Part shown: in pieces, positions 23,969 through 36,471 of the stretch
Layout of the letters: every line of letters starts with the position of its first letter
How positions within the stretch are numbered: position 1 is the first letter of the stretch
Assembly (NCBI GenBank): GCA_965235115.1
Contig: OZ249436.1
Span: forward strand, 22,694,001-22,758,000
Source: Laetmonice hystrix
Lineage: Eukaryota
Reading direction: 5' to 3'
Length of the DNA: 64,000 nucleotides
Notes under the pieces: generated by a model
Told to the model about the DNA's origin: nothing
Databases searched by the model: none
What the model saw: the letters and a program-made list of their open reading frames with translations, nothing else
Program-made: the position numbers and the translations under genes

Positions 23969-26910
23969 GGCCCTAATATGGAACCTTGTGGTACACCACA
24001 TGAGATATTACCTTCAATGGAAAATGTGTCGCTGTATGAAACAAATTGTTTTCAATTGTTAAGGTATGATTGAATCCAGTTCAATGCAAGTCCTCTTATT
24101 CCATACTGAGATATGGATAAGTGGAACACTGTCTGAGGCGACTTTTTAAAAATACCGCTCGGGTCACGCACTATTTTCACGCGAGTCAGGGGTAGCTATG
24201 ACGCGGCGTCACAAACACCAGCTAATCTTGGTTTTAGTTTTACGGAGAGTTTTTCAAGTCTGCTAAAACACAAACAAAAGGTGGAAAATTACCTCCGTCT
24301 CCGATCTCGGCGATCTGGTCCGTCCCTGTTAGTGAGACGGCCCCCTAGCCCCTGTTTCTGTTAGACTGTTATCAACAGATCCAGCAGGCGTTACCCTGTG
24401 GCAATCCTTTCTCTGGCTTCATCGGACACTCACTCACTACGACTGACTGACTATACTGACTCTGTACTGTTACCAGTGTCAGCGGCGGTGACAGCTTTTT
24501 CTTTCTCTTCAACCTTATTGAAATCGTCGATGAATTTGTCGCCATCTTGCTTCGAATTGGTTTAGCGGTGACGTCATGGGCATGTTTCTGGTAAAAGTGG
24601 AATCGCAGCGGGACGTGAATAGCGACACTCTAGCCGGCAATCTGCGTGGTTCATTCCGCCTGGCGGTCACATAACAATTCGTGGACAAGTAAGGCAAACA
24701 AGCAGACGAAGCCAGCGGGAGAATGTCTAGCTACATTTCAGTTGATTATTCCTTTATTAAAGATCAGACCATCACATGATTGTAGGTAGGAACAAGCTTG
24801 TTATATTGATATTTTGAACTTTTTCGTCACCTTTAATGTCTTGACCTCGCTAGTAGAGACAAAGTTTAAGTGCACAGGTACAGTTTTCTTGATATAGCTA
24901 GTGGGATTGTCTTGGACCTTAGGAATTTTCTTTGCTAGTAAATGGCCTATATTTAGAAAGAATTTGTAAAAATATTCAGTTATCAGTGATTTGTTAGAAA
25001 TTATTTCATCAATAATTCTAAAGGAAGTCTGAATATCACTGCTGTTGTTTTTATTAACAATTTCCTTTATTATACGCCAAGACTTACTCAAATTATTTTG
25101 ATTCTTTTCAAAAAGGAAATTATAGTGGTCTGTCTCAACCTTTTGTAGTGTTTTATTTAATACTGTCCTGTATGTTTTTTTTCTATGTAGTTTCATTCAT
25201 TAATGTAGGATTAGTTCTTTTTAGCCCCCACAACGGGGGCTTATAATTCGACCTCCGTCCGTCCGTACGTCCGTCCGTCCGTTCGTCCGTAGACAGCGAT
25301 TTCTCAGAAGTGTATGGGTCGATTTCTTTGAAACTTCACACAAGGATCAGGGATGAACTGAGGATGATGCACGATGATGAACAGATTTTTGATATCATTC
25401 AAAATGGCCGCTTGGCGGCCATCTTGGATGTAAACACATTTTGAGCAATAACTCTGCCAAAACAATCACGATTTCTTTCAAACATGGTGCAGGGATGAGG
25501 CATAATGAGGGCCAATATGCATCACAATAAAATTTCAATTCAGATCCAAAATAGCGACATGGCGGCCATATTTGTTTCTTGACCCCCACAATGACACTGT
25601 TTTGGCTTATATCTCGAAAACGGTGCAAGATGACGCAATAGTTACTATTATTGATAGATAGGAAGTCATATATGACGTTTCATTTGGCCCCATTTTCGAT
25701 GACCTTGAGCGACCTTGAAAGGTCAATCAAGGTCATGCATATTTTCAATAGCCTGGATCTTCAAAACAGTTAAAGATAACAACATAATCTTGCATGAAAC
25801 ATTACATAATGATCCGGGACAGTCCACGGATGAGGCAGGTCAAAGATATTTTTGACATCAGTCAAAATGGCCGCGTGGTGGCCATCTTGGATATAAACAC
25901 ATTTGGAGCAATAACTCAGACAAAACGATCCCGATTTCTTTCAAATTTGGTGGAAAGAAGGTGAATATGAGGGGCAATGTATATGCCAATGTATTGCCAG
26001 ATCAGAGCAAATATGGCGACATGGCGGCCATATTAATATTTTACTCCCCCCCCATAACACTGTTTTGGCTCATATCTCGAAAACGGTGCAAGATAAGGCA
26101 ATAGTTATTATTATTGACAGATAGGAAGTCATATATGAAGTTTCATTTGGCGTCATTTTCCATGACCTTGAGCGACCTTGAAAGGTCAATCAAGGTCATG
26201 CATATTTTAATGGCCTGTACCTCCAAACCAGTTGAAGATAACAACATCTAATCTTGCATGAAACATTACATAATAACCAGGGACAGTCTAAGGAGGACAC
26301 AGGTCAAATATATCATTAAAAATGGCTGCTTGGTGGCCATCTTGGATTTAAAGAAATTCGAAGCAATTTTCTGGATTTCGTTCTTGCTGACAGAAGGCAT
26401 GAGGGGCAACAAGCGTGCCAAAAGTACGCATAGTTCCTGGACCCACAGATAATTTGTCCCTACTCAGTTGGTTCACGCCGGATAACGCTATCAAACTGTA
26501 CATAACTGCCTAGAACTTTACTAAGATGCAGACGAAGTACATACGAAGTTTCATTTGACAATATATCCTTGGCTTTCAAAGATCAATTGAAGTCGTGCAT
26601 CGTTTTTTCAAGAACCCATAGTTTGTGGTGGGGGCTATAAGCTTCACAAGCTTGTTTAGGTATAATTTATTTTTATTTTTAGATTTTTTAGAGCCTCTGA
26701 GAGCCAAGGCTTTCTATTACGATGGGAAGATATAGGCCTATGTCAAAATGGGAAAGCAACGATTGTAAATGGCAGTAAAAGTCTCATGAGAACGAGTAAA
26801 AGATACTTCAAGTTCTGAAGATGTAATTACTGAATACCAGTTCATCTCCCACATATTTTCCTTAAAGTTATGGTAAATTCCCGAATTTTCTACAGTTCAC
26901 ACTGGATCTG
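23969..26910 (-). mobile_element. Fragmented CR1/L2-clade LINE ORF2 remnant (pieces ~23969-24112, 24801-25217, 26657-26910)
   Basis: Minus-strand YGIRGLALNWIQSYLNN*KQFV...SCGVPQGSILGP (RT motif) and KSWRIIKEIVNK...FFLNIG..LAKKIP linker; stops and insertions present. Confidence 0.88.
25220..26656 (+). mobile_element. Helentron-type non-autonomous element (HINE/DINE-1-like), copy 1
   Basis: 5' agccccca..gggggct sub-TIR plus local IR, (CCGT)n microsatellite, ~463-bp internal repeats, 3' tgggggct + hairpin aagcttcacaagctt, inserted in a T-run with no TSD. Confidence 0.82.
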
Positions 26911-27176
26911 TCGAATCCTAACTGAAGAGAAACATGTATTCTTACCAAATTTACTTCAAAAGTCATCTATTTACTCGTGATTCTTGCGAAATTTGATGGG
27001 CAAACCTGCACCCCTTGATGGGCTCTGGAAAACCCGGCACGCGTTTTTCAGTAGGATGTTTACACAGCCAAGCACTGTCACCCAGGATGCATTGCGCGAG
27101 ACAAAAACGAGTCTCGCACCTGCACATAGACGGGGAGGGCTTTCCCAACAACATGCTGCGTGCTCAGTGGCTAGTA

Positions 27177-30100
27177 CAGGCCCGTAGCCAGGGGGGTGCG
27201 CAGGGTGCGTACGCACCCCCCCCCCCCCCCACAGCCCAAGCTCCCCCTAACTTCAAAAGGTTGCAAGCACTCGCTGGAGTACCAAGTAGCAAGCCTGCCC
27301 AACAGTCCAAGATCTTTCCTATAACTTCAGTTATTTTGTTCTCCAAATTGCACCAGATATCACCAGAATACACCTTAAATTCCAAAATTTTCTGGGGGGC
27401 CATGACCCTGGACCTGCCTAACTAGGCTTCGCGCTCTCAGCACTAAAAGTTTGCGGACTTCACACCTTTGGCCTGCGGGGCTTGTGTGCTTTGCGCCTAT
27501 AGCTATGGGCGCTGGGGGACTGTAGGGGTAGGGGTTTGTGGGTGTCCCCTGCATTCATGTTCCTAAATATTGACAGCCAAGGCCGTAGCTAGCGGAAAGG
27601 GGGGGGGGCAGTTTCCCCCTGTAACACCCCCCACCCCCACCCCCCACCCCACCCAAAAAATTGTCATATTAGGCCTAATTTGACTGCAAACTGGCTGGGA
27701 TCGTCGTTGGTATCATCAAAAGTGGCCCAGCAGGCTTTTCATTTCTATCAGAAAAGTGATCTCCAGATGCCGGGGAATAGCGGGTTTCTTTTGCCTTCCA
27801 TATTAATTTTTCCCCCAAGGGAGGGCCCCTGGACCCCAAGCCGCAGGAACGGCTCACTCCGTCGGCGCTCGCTGAATTTATAATTTACCTTATAGCTTTA
27901 TCTCTGCAGCCCTCTTTCGCAAATGCCTGGATCAGGCCCCCCCCCCCCCTATCTTGTCCATTACAGGTTTGCGCCAAATGGGAGGGGGGTGTGCCAAGAA
28001 GGGGTGTATGCTTGGTTTGAACCTTTCAAGCAGAACCAAAAGAAAAATTACGTCGGGGGGGGGGGCGCTTGCAACCCCTTCACCACCCACTGGATTGGTC
28101 ACTGATTCTCATATAGCCTAGATAAATACATACGACAAATGCTGCTTGCATGTTCCATTACGTGCAAAAACGTCTTCAACAGATTTTTACCTGGCGCATT
28201 GCCACAGGCGGATTTAGGGGGAGGGGGTGGCAGCACGCGCCCCTGTTCATTAAAAAAAGTGTTTTCAGCTATAGAACCTCGGCCTAACTAAGATAACACC
28301 TTGCATTTCGGTCCCAGATGCCAGGGAAACGCCTATTTGGCACTTTAATTATCCCATTTCCCCGCCAAAGGGGGAAATGGGATTTTGAAATCACTTGGTT
28401 TCGTCTACACTATTCTTCTTCTTCTTCTTCTGATTATTGGTGTAGTGACCTTTTGCTGTATCTCGATTATCTATGGAGGTATCGTCATGAAACTTACAGG
28501 GAACATTGATCATCCACTAAAATGATCAGCTATTGACTGATTACGTCATATGACGTCACGTCAATGACTTTTGACGTGTTAAAGTTGCTCAAAGTAGGGG
28601 TCATTTCTTGAATTTCTGGAAAAGTAGGAGCAATCTCCATGATAGTTCCTAATTAGGCACTTAGGCATTAATCGTCATGCACCTGAATTTGACCTCTTAC
28701 CTTTGACCTTTGTGAGATCTAGGTCAAAGATGTTAAACAACTTAAATTGCAACTCCTCCCTCAATATTTTGCAATATGTAGCCAAAGCATGCCTGAAGAG
28801 TCTCATAAGGTGGCTCTTTATTGGAACGATTTGAAGTCAGGAATTTGAACTATATTAAGAGTGTCACATGACTTTGAAATTTGGCACTTTTGGCACTTTT
28901 TGCTAAAATTGCTTCAACGAGATAGGAATCATATATTTGGTCACTAGATGTGTGGTCCTATTAAAGATTGGTCACTCTGCATATTTTTTTGCATAAATTT
29001 ATCAATATGTTTTTATTTATGATGAAATATATGTAATCTGACGTTGACAGGCTCTACTTGAAACGTGTGTATGATAGCCATCTACAAATGTAACAGTTAC
29101 AAAGTGTATAGATTCAGGTATACCACTGATTGTTTAGTTCTTTTCTTGGAAAGGTAATGTGGCCAGAATTGTAAGTTTTAATGGGCATAGTCTCCACAAT
29201 AATATTTTTACCCTCTGCCGGTTTGCATCTCTGAATACACAAACCGCCTGCTGTGGGGCCGGCTGCCTCTCCCAGCCCGGTGTTGGCAGCGTTACGTAAC
29301 TGCTGCTGATAAGGTCAGGGTCGGCCGGCCGTTACTCCCCCACTCCAGTCAGGGTGGGTTGATGGAATACTCCCCCCCCCCTTCCTCCCAGTCAGGATGT
29401 GGTTGGAGGAATAGCCTATGTGTATTCCAAACTGACATTACTGAATTAGCTGTGCCTCTAAACTGTAGGTTTTGTCTAATACATGTTTTTGGATACGCCC
29501 CCCTTGCCTCACAGTCAGGGTGGGGGTTGGAGGAATATGTGTATTCAGAACTGACATACATGTAATTGAATTAACTGTGGTTTTTGAACTGGGGGTGTAG
29601 GCTAACTGTCTAATGTATGTTTTTGAATCTTACATGGGAGGAGAGCTAAATAAAATAATACTTTGATTGTTGGCTGTGGAATTAAGGTGACATGCTAAAC
29701 TTTTGGTCAGCTGCACTTCGTTTAAGCCTGAGTCAAAGGCCTGGTGTGGATGACATTCACACCTATTGGCCTTTTGTGACACTGACCTGGCAGGGCGCTT
29801 TTTGATAGGCCCCCTAGGCCTATCCGTGTCAATTGTTTATGATGCCGATAACAGGTTTAAGGACTATACTATTTCATAATTGTCAAAGGGGTACTTAGAT
29901 AGTAAATTCCATGTAAATGAAAATAACCTCCAGAGGTAATGTCGGCACGGCAGTGTCAAGTATACCTGTGGAACAGTTGGCGGAATCACAGGACAGTCAA
30001 ATTAAAGGAGAGAAAAATGTAGGTAATGATAGCAAACCATTGGGGAAATGGGATCCTACCTGTATTGCTTAGCAATCAGAGTTTCTAGTTTTCAATTATT

Positions 30101-30427
30101 TTTAGACCCCTCTCCCCCACTCAAGGCTTCGCGTCTTCGGCGCTCGCATGGGGGGGGGGGGGGGCTTCCCCAAATTCCTGAATCCGCCCCTGACTGCCCA
30201 ACTCAGAAAGTTCGAAGCTGGGTAGGTTATAGGCTATGGATTATGAACATCTTGCTCCCCCCCCCCTTTCCCATTGTTTTTGGCGACGTTGGTAAGCACT
30301 TTTACCGCCAAATTAGGCCACCTAGACAACAGAAACCCGATGGCAAAAATACCCCTTCTTCCCCATAATACGCACCCCCCCCCCCCCACCCCCACCCCAC
30401 CAAAAAAAAATCCTGGCTATGGGCCTG
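27177..30427. mobile_element. Large composite G/C-tract MITE with nested insertions, 5-bp TSD
   Basis: caggcccgtagccagg ... cctggctatgggcctg flanked by TAGTA; nested element ~28203-30192. Confidence 0.75.
28349..29000 (+). mobile_element. Second Helentron-type element, 5' portion (end uncertain)
   Basis: atcccatttcccc-gccaaag-ggggaaatgggat hairpin followed by (TTC)n and tgacctt-rich repeat sequence. Confidence 0.5.
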
Positions 30428-30447
30428 TAGTAGTACTGTACAACTAA

Positions 30448-30694
30448 GGCCGGGACTCCATGTGTACGGAATGCGTGGTGCGTGGTGCGTGGTGCGGAGT
30501 GCGTGCTGCGTGAAAATCGCTCCTACACATTTCCATTCAGGTGACTCCATATATCCGTGAAGCGTACTCCGTCGTGCGGGTTGCGTGAAGCGTGCACGGA
30601 CCGATCGTTCGGTGTTCGATTTTTTCCGGAACACGCACCGCAGGCCGCAGTCCGCACAACGCATCACGCATTCCGTACACATGGAGTCCCGGCC
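30448..30694. mobile_element. PIF/Harbinger-type MITE (TSD TAA)
   Basis: TIR ggccgggactccatgtgtacggaatgcgtg; TAA on both sides. Confidence 0.88.
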
Positions 30695-30973
30695 TAAATC
30701 AATCAGTGAAGAAACGCAAGAAGTTTGCTCGGAATCGGGATAGACAGAAACGCCTAGTGTATATCGGGACTGCTTTTAATCGCTTGGTGAATTTAAGGGA
30801 AGTTCTTAGCTTTTGACAGCTTACAATGCCGGTATTGCTCCGGTGCCTCCACAGGCACAGCTAACGGTAACGTTGGCCGCCGAGTCCGCCCCTCGGTAGG
30901 CTACCGCCCTGCCGCCTTCGACAAAACGGGTCGCGGCGCAGCGAAGCGAAATTCTCGCCAGTTTTGGCTTTAA

Positions 30974-31571
30974 AGGCCTCCACACACTTGGGCAGTTCAC
31001 GCCGCGATTTGACGTCGCGTGAAACGCGTGGCGAAAACGCGTTATAACCCATAATAGAATTACAATGGGAAACCACACACTTCGGGTTGGCGTAAAAAAG
31101 CACGCATTGCGACCGCAGCGTGAAATGACCGAAACCTCAGAATAGGTTTCTGGGCGTATCACGCGGCGTGTTGCCACAACCGATCATCCATTCAGCCAAT
31201 AGGCATCCAGTATCTGTGGTCAGCCCACCTTGCACCTGATGATCCCAGGGTGATCTGTATTCCATTTTACCATCTAGCAGCCAGCAGGATGGGGCGGAAG
31301 GAAGAGGACCAGAAAGCCAAACAGTTGATAGTGGAAACCGAGAAGAATCCCTGCCTATACGGCAAACAATGTCCCTCCTATAAAAATGCACAGAAACAGT
31401 ATGACATATTGCATATTGCATTTTGCTATTTTGCAAACAGCCAGCGATGACCGCGTGCGTTTTCCGCGCAAGTGGGAACCATTTATCGCAGCGCGAAACG
31501 CCCAGTGGTTACGCCGGGCGTTTCACGCGGTGTGCTGACGCGACGTGAACTGCCCAAGTGTGTGGAGGCCT
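30974..31571 (+). mobile_element. Harbinger-type deletion derivative with MADF-like remnant
   Basis: 28-bp TIR aggcctccacacacttgggcagttcacg; internal MGRKEEDQKAKQLIVETEKNPCLYGKQCPSYKNAQK resembles a MADF/Myb-SANT start. Confidence 0.8.
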
Positions 31572-32230
31572 TTATTGAAACACTCGTTCTCTCCCCATCC
31601 AGACTGCACTAGTCCAAAGGACATCTTTGGCAAAAGATATCTTTTGATATTGAAACGCACTCCAGATCAGGGCCAGCGGTGTGACTAGACCAATACATTT
31701 GCATACACAGGGCAGCCCACAGACAGCATGGCGGAGTATTATTGGAACTGATTAGCATTTTTTCGCGTGCGACGCATTGGCTGTGAATATGCTCACGAAG
31801 CAAAGCGTTGTTGTGCGCGGACCGTCGCTTCGCGGCGCCCCGCTCTGCCCGGTTTTGTGAATCCTGCCTAAGTCATATCCTATTGACTGTTCACAGACGG
31901 TAGCGGGACGAAGCGGTGCGAAGCGATGCCGCGCGGCCCTGGCGCAGCGAAAACGGTTTGGCTGGCCGAGCGAAAAAATGAAAGCGCGCTCTCTCGCCGT
32001 CGGCGTCAGCCAATCAGATCAGGGCCAGCTGTGTGACTAGACCAATACATTTGCATACACAGTGCAGCCCACAGACAGCATGGCGGAGTATTATTGGAAC
32101 TGATTAGCATTTGTGAATCCCGCCTATGGGTCGCGGTGCAGGGCGCAGAACATCAAGGTCACCTATATTTTCCCAGGGCTATAACTTGTAAATGGTTTAA
32201 GATAAACCCATAATTACTATTAAGCATTAC

Positions 32231-33723
32231 CAGGGGCGCCGCTGCCGGGGGGGGGGCGGGGGGGACATGTCCCCCCCCCCCCACCACTTTTGCTGGCGAC
32301 GTAAAAAGGTCAAAGGCTCCTTGAAGTTGAAGCTAGGCCTAATAGATAGATCTACAGGTCTTCTTATACTCCCTATGCCTAGCTTTTTAAGGTGAATTGC
32401 CCATGGGAGGCAAATTAAAGATAGATTTTCATCATTTTTAATCTTGGCCTTCGCAGGCCTAAGCCTATGTCATGTGTTTAGGAGATAGGTCTATGCTTTG
32501 CTGTTCTATAATTAATATGGGCCTAACCGCGGCCTAGATCTCCTGCAGCTTCCCTGTGTACCTTAGTCCTACCACACTGGCGGATCCAGGGTAGGGGGTC
32601 ACATAGGGTCTGGACCCCCCTAAAATATATATATTCCATGGCGCCCCTCCTGCCGTTCATGGCGCCTCACGGCATTGTAGGGCTACATAAGACTTTTGAC
32701 ATAATTGGTCTTTAAATAGCTTTGTGCTCCAAAATGCATCAGATTTCACTAAATTACACCTTGAATTTGAAAAATTTCCGGGGGGCATGCCCCGGAACCC
32801 CTAGCAAGGCTTTGTGCCTTCGGCGCTCGTACAGTCACACCGGTTGCGTCCCTAAAAACGTTGGCCCCCCTACTTGAAAAAGCTGGATCTGCCCCTGTAC
32901 CGTCTCTTGCTTAGCTCATAGACCTGAATATTCAGGTCAATCTTAAGCTCTAGAAAATCTAGGCCACGCTTTAATTAGGCCTATTGTCTGACAGCGTTAG
33001 GCCTGCGGCCGTCAATATTTTTCACCCCTATGTTGGGCCTTCCTATTTGATTTTGAAGAAAAAGACCTCATGCGTGAATGTATTCAAATAATGAGTGAGG
33101 TTTACCAATTTTTACTAGGCCTAGTGTGGTAGAATAGAAAGTGGCAAGTAGGATGGGGACGGTCTCTATTTTATTTGGTAAAAGTGTGTTTTAGGCCTAA
33201 TCGTCAACTTTTTTGGCTTTTGATAAATATTGCTTGATACTGTTTTTTGTGATGTCAACGGCCAGGTGGGGCCCACCTAAAAAAATTTATTTAGCCTCGC
33301 TACGCTCGGCATGATTTCATTGTAACTGTAGGTACTAATAGTATAATACATCTTCATACAAAAAAGGAAGATCTAAGGGGGGCAAGCCCCCTGATTAATC
33401 CCTCACTGATTAATAGGCCTACATTAATCTTTAGTTTGATGCTGAGAAGCCGGCAAATAGCACCGATGGCCTTTTATATTCCCAAAGTTGGAGCCCCCCC
33501 CCCCTTTCGGCGCGTGGCACCTTCTGACACCCGCCCCCCCCCCCCCCCCCCCCCGCAAAGAAAATCCTGGGTCCGCCCCTTGGGGGGGGGGGGTGGGGGT
33601 GAATACACTGTTATTTTGCAATTCTTATGGTACATAAATCTCGGGGGGAAAAGGTCAAACACACCAAGATTGTCTCCCCCCCCCCCCCCCCCCCCCACTT
33701 TGAAATAGGCAGCGGCGCCCCTG
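32231..33723. mobile_element. G/C-tract MITE with nested relatives, 5-bp TSD
   Basis: caggggcgccgctgcc ... ggcagcggcgcccctg flanked by ATTAC; nested copy 32575-32897. Confidence 0.8.
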
Positions 33724-35267
33724 ATTACCGGACATATCCAGCTGATATTTGCAGACATATCCGGGTTACCGGACATATCTAGCTGATATTTTCGGACATA
33801 CATCCTCTCGGACATAACTAGCCGTTCGGACATATCTAGCCGGAACAGGCCCTAATATGGAACCTTGTGGTACACCACATGAGATATTACCTTCAATGGA
33901 AAATGTGTCGCTGTATGAAACAAATTGTTTTCAATTGTTAAAGGGAGTCGTAAAATTCTTTTTTTTTTTCGATTTATGGCAGTCTTAGAAACATATGATT
34001 CGCATACCTTGGACTCCCAGTAACATCATGTGAGACTGTTATGGCCCAGCGACCAGTATTTAGTAAGGAAAATATGCCAAATCTCTCGCAAATACGTAGC
34101 TCAGAATTAGCGAGCGGCCCACAGGATATTTGAGTTGGCCGCGGTCGGGCGATGATGACGCGTGATCACGTGACTTCCGGGTGTGGAAGGGAATCTCCCT
34201 CTAGTCTAGTGTTGACCTAAATACCGCATGTACACCCGGAAGTCACGTGATCACGCGTCATCATCGCCCGAATCATCGAAAAAATGAATTTTACGACTCC
34301 CTTTAAGGTATGATTGAATCCAGTTCAATGCAAGTCCTCTTATTCCATACTGAGATATGGATAAGTGGAACACTGTCTAAGGCGACTTTTTAAAAAAAAA
34401 TACCGCTCGGGTCACGCACTATTTTCACGCGAGTCAGGGGTAGCTATGACGCGGCGTCACAAACACCAGCTAATCTTGGTTTTAGTTTTACGGAGAGTTT
34501 TTCAAGTCTGCTAAAACACAAACAAAAGGTGGAAAATTACCTCCGTCTCCGATCTCGGCGATCTGGTCCGTCCCTGTTAGTGAGACGGCCCCCTAGCCCC
34601 TGTTTCTGTTAGACTGTTATCAACAGATCCAGCAGGCGTTACCCTGTGGCAATCCTTTCTCTGGCTTCATCGGACACTCACTCACTACGACTGACTGACT
34701 ACTGACTCTGTACTGTTACCAGTGTCAGCGGCGGTGACAGCTTTTTCTTTCTCTTCAACCTTATTGAAATCGTCGATGAATTTGTCGCCATCTTGCTTCG
34801 AATTGGTTTAGCGGTGACGTCATGGGCATGTTTCTGGTAAAAGTGGAATCGCAGCGGGACGTGAATAGCGACACTCTAGCCGGCAATCTGCGTGGTTCAT
34901 TCCGCCTGGCGGTCACATAACAATTCGTGGACAAGTAAGGCAAACAAGCAGCTCTACATTTCAGTTGATTATTCCTTTATTAAAGATCAGACCATCACAT
35001 GATTGTAGGTAGGAACAAGCTTGTTATATTGATATTTTGAACTTTTTCGTCACCTTTAATGTCTTGACCTCGCTAGTAGAGACAAAGTTTAAGTGCACAG
35101 GTACAGTTTTCTTGATATAGCTAGTGGGATTGTCTTGGACCTTAGGAATTTTCTTTGCTAGTAAATGGCCTATATTTAGAAAGAATTTGTAAAAATATTC
35201 AGTTATCAGTGATTTGTTAGAAATTATTTCATCAATAATTCTAAAGGAACTCTGAATATCACTGCTG
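33724..35267 (+). repeat. Near-identical direct duplicate of ~23845-25044 plus an extra MITE
   Basis: Colinear match; the same spurious ORFs appear twice in the track (MSERLVMSERM, MPYLSTNCYV); a few indels. Confidence 0.95.
33942..34302. mobile_element. TTAA-specific (Kolobok/piggyBac-like) MITE, right arm partly deleted
   Basis: TTAA|agggagtcgtaaaatt ... aattttacgactccct|TTAA; empty single TTAA at the paralogous site 24059-24062. Confidence 0.92.
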
Positions 35268-36471
35268 TGCCCCCCCCCCAAAAAAAAAAAAAAATCCTGA
35301 ATCCGGCCCTGCTATATAACAACTTTGATCAGTATTGGATAAAGCGTGATGTTGGTAGTGTTATGACCAGCATAGACAATCGGACTTGGTGGGCTGAGTC
35401 ACAGTTTAGGCTTTTATTTCGTGGGATAAACCAAAATTTTAAAAGAAATCACTTGAAACCCTTTATGTAAAAATCTTTACAGTAAGGCTCATGACCGGAA
35501 AGCTGAGGGTTACAACAACAGTTTTCAGCGATCTGATAAGGAATGTAGGAGGTAGAGTTCGTTGCTGAAACCAACTTTTGGTGCTTGTATAGTTAGGTTT
35601 CGCCGAACCAGCATCTGTAATCCTCTTCAAGATACATTTGCTAACATTCGGGGGAATTCTACATCAAAATGATGGCCCCCATTTCTTGGAAACCACTCGT
35701 CCAACACCCCGGCAAAGACCTTTTCTGAAGATCATTCTGTATTACCGAATTTGGGAGAGGAACCAACATTACGTGAGGTATTGTTCTGTGCAATTTCTAC
35801 AATGCTGATCAGCTAGCCAACCTGATAGCAACAAAGCAGTCAATCTGAGATATAGACATAGTATCCGCCTCTGTACTACTGGCTGAAGCTTACTACGTAG
35901 GCTATCTGAGATATAGTAGGTATTTGGTCTAGCTAGGTTCTTAGGTACAACCATGGTTCTTCCAGACAAAATGTTTGGGTAGGGGCTTGGGTTAAGGTCA
36001 GCGATGTTGTTTTGGGCGGTGTATGGGCCGGGGTTAGGAGTTAAGGATAAGGTCAGGGCTATGGATCTTTACTTTCGGCCAAATTTCGTAGGTTTTAAGT
36101 TACCACGGGGGATGTACCGGTAGCTGACATTTACTCATTAATGTCTTGCAACAAAATAAAAAGACACAATATAGATGTAGTTCAAACGAGCGTCATATTA
36201 GGAATTCGTGACGTCATGTGTTGGCGATTTTTTATTGTACGTCTCATCAAAAGAGAACGCCATGCCTTGATACGCTATCATTTACACTAATTAAAAGACA
36301 ATACTAAATAAAAAACAGAAAATATTAAATATAAAGGTTCTTTCAAAGCATGCACTACATTGGCGACTGGTCTGCCCTCATCTAAATATGCTGCTTGATT
36401 AGAACTATTTCGCAACAAAGAATACTTTTTACACCTATTTCCTATAACTTCAAGAATATGTTTTACATGTA

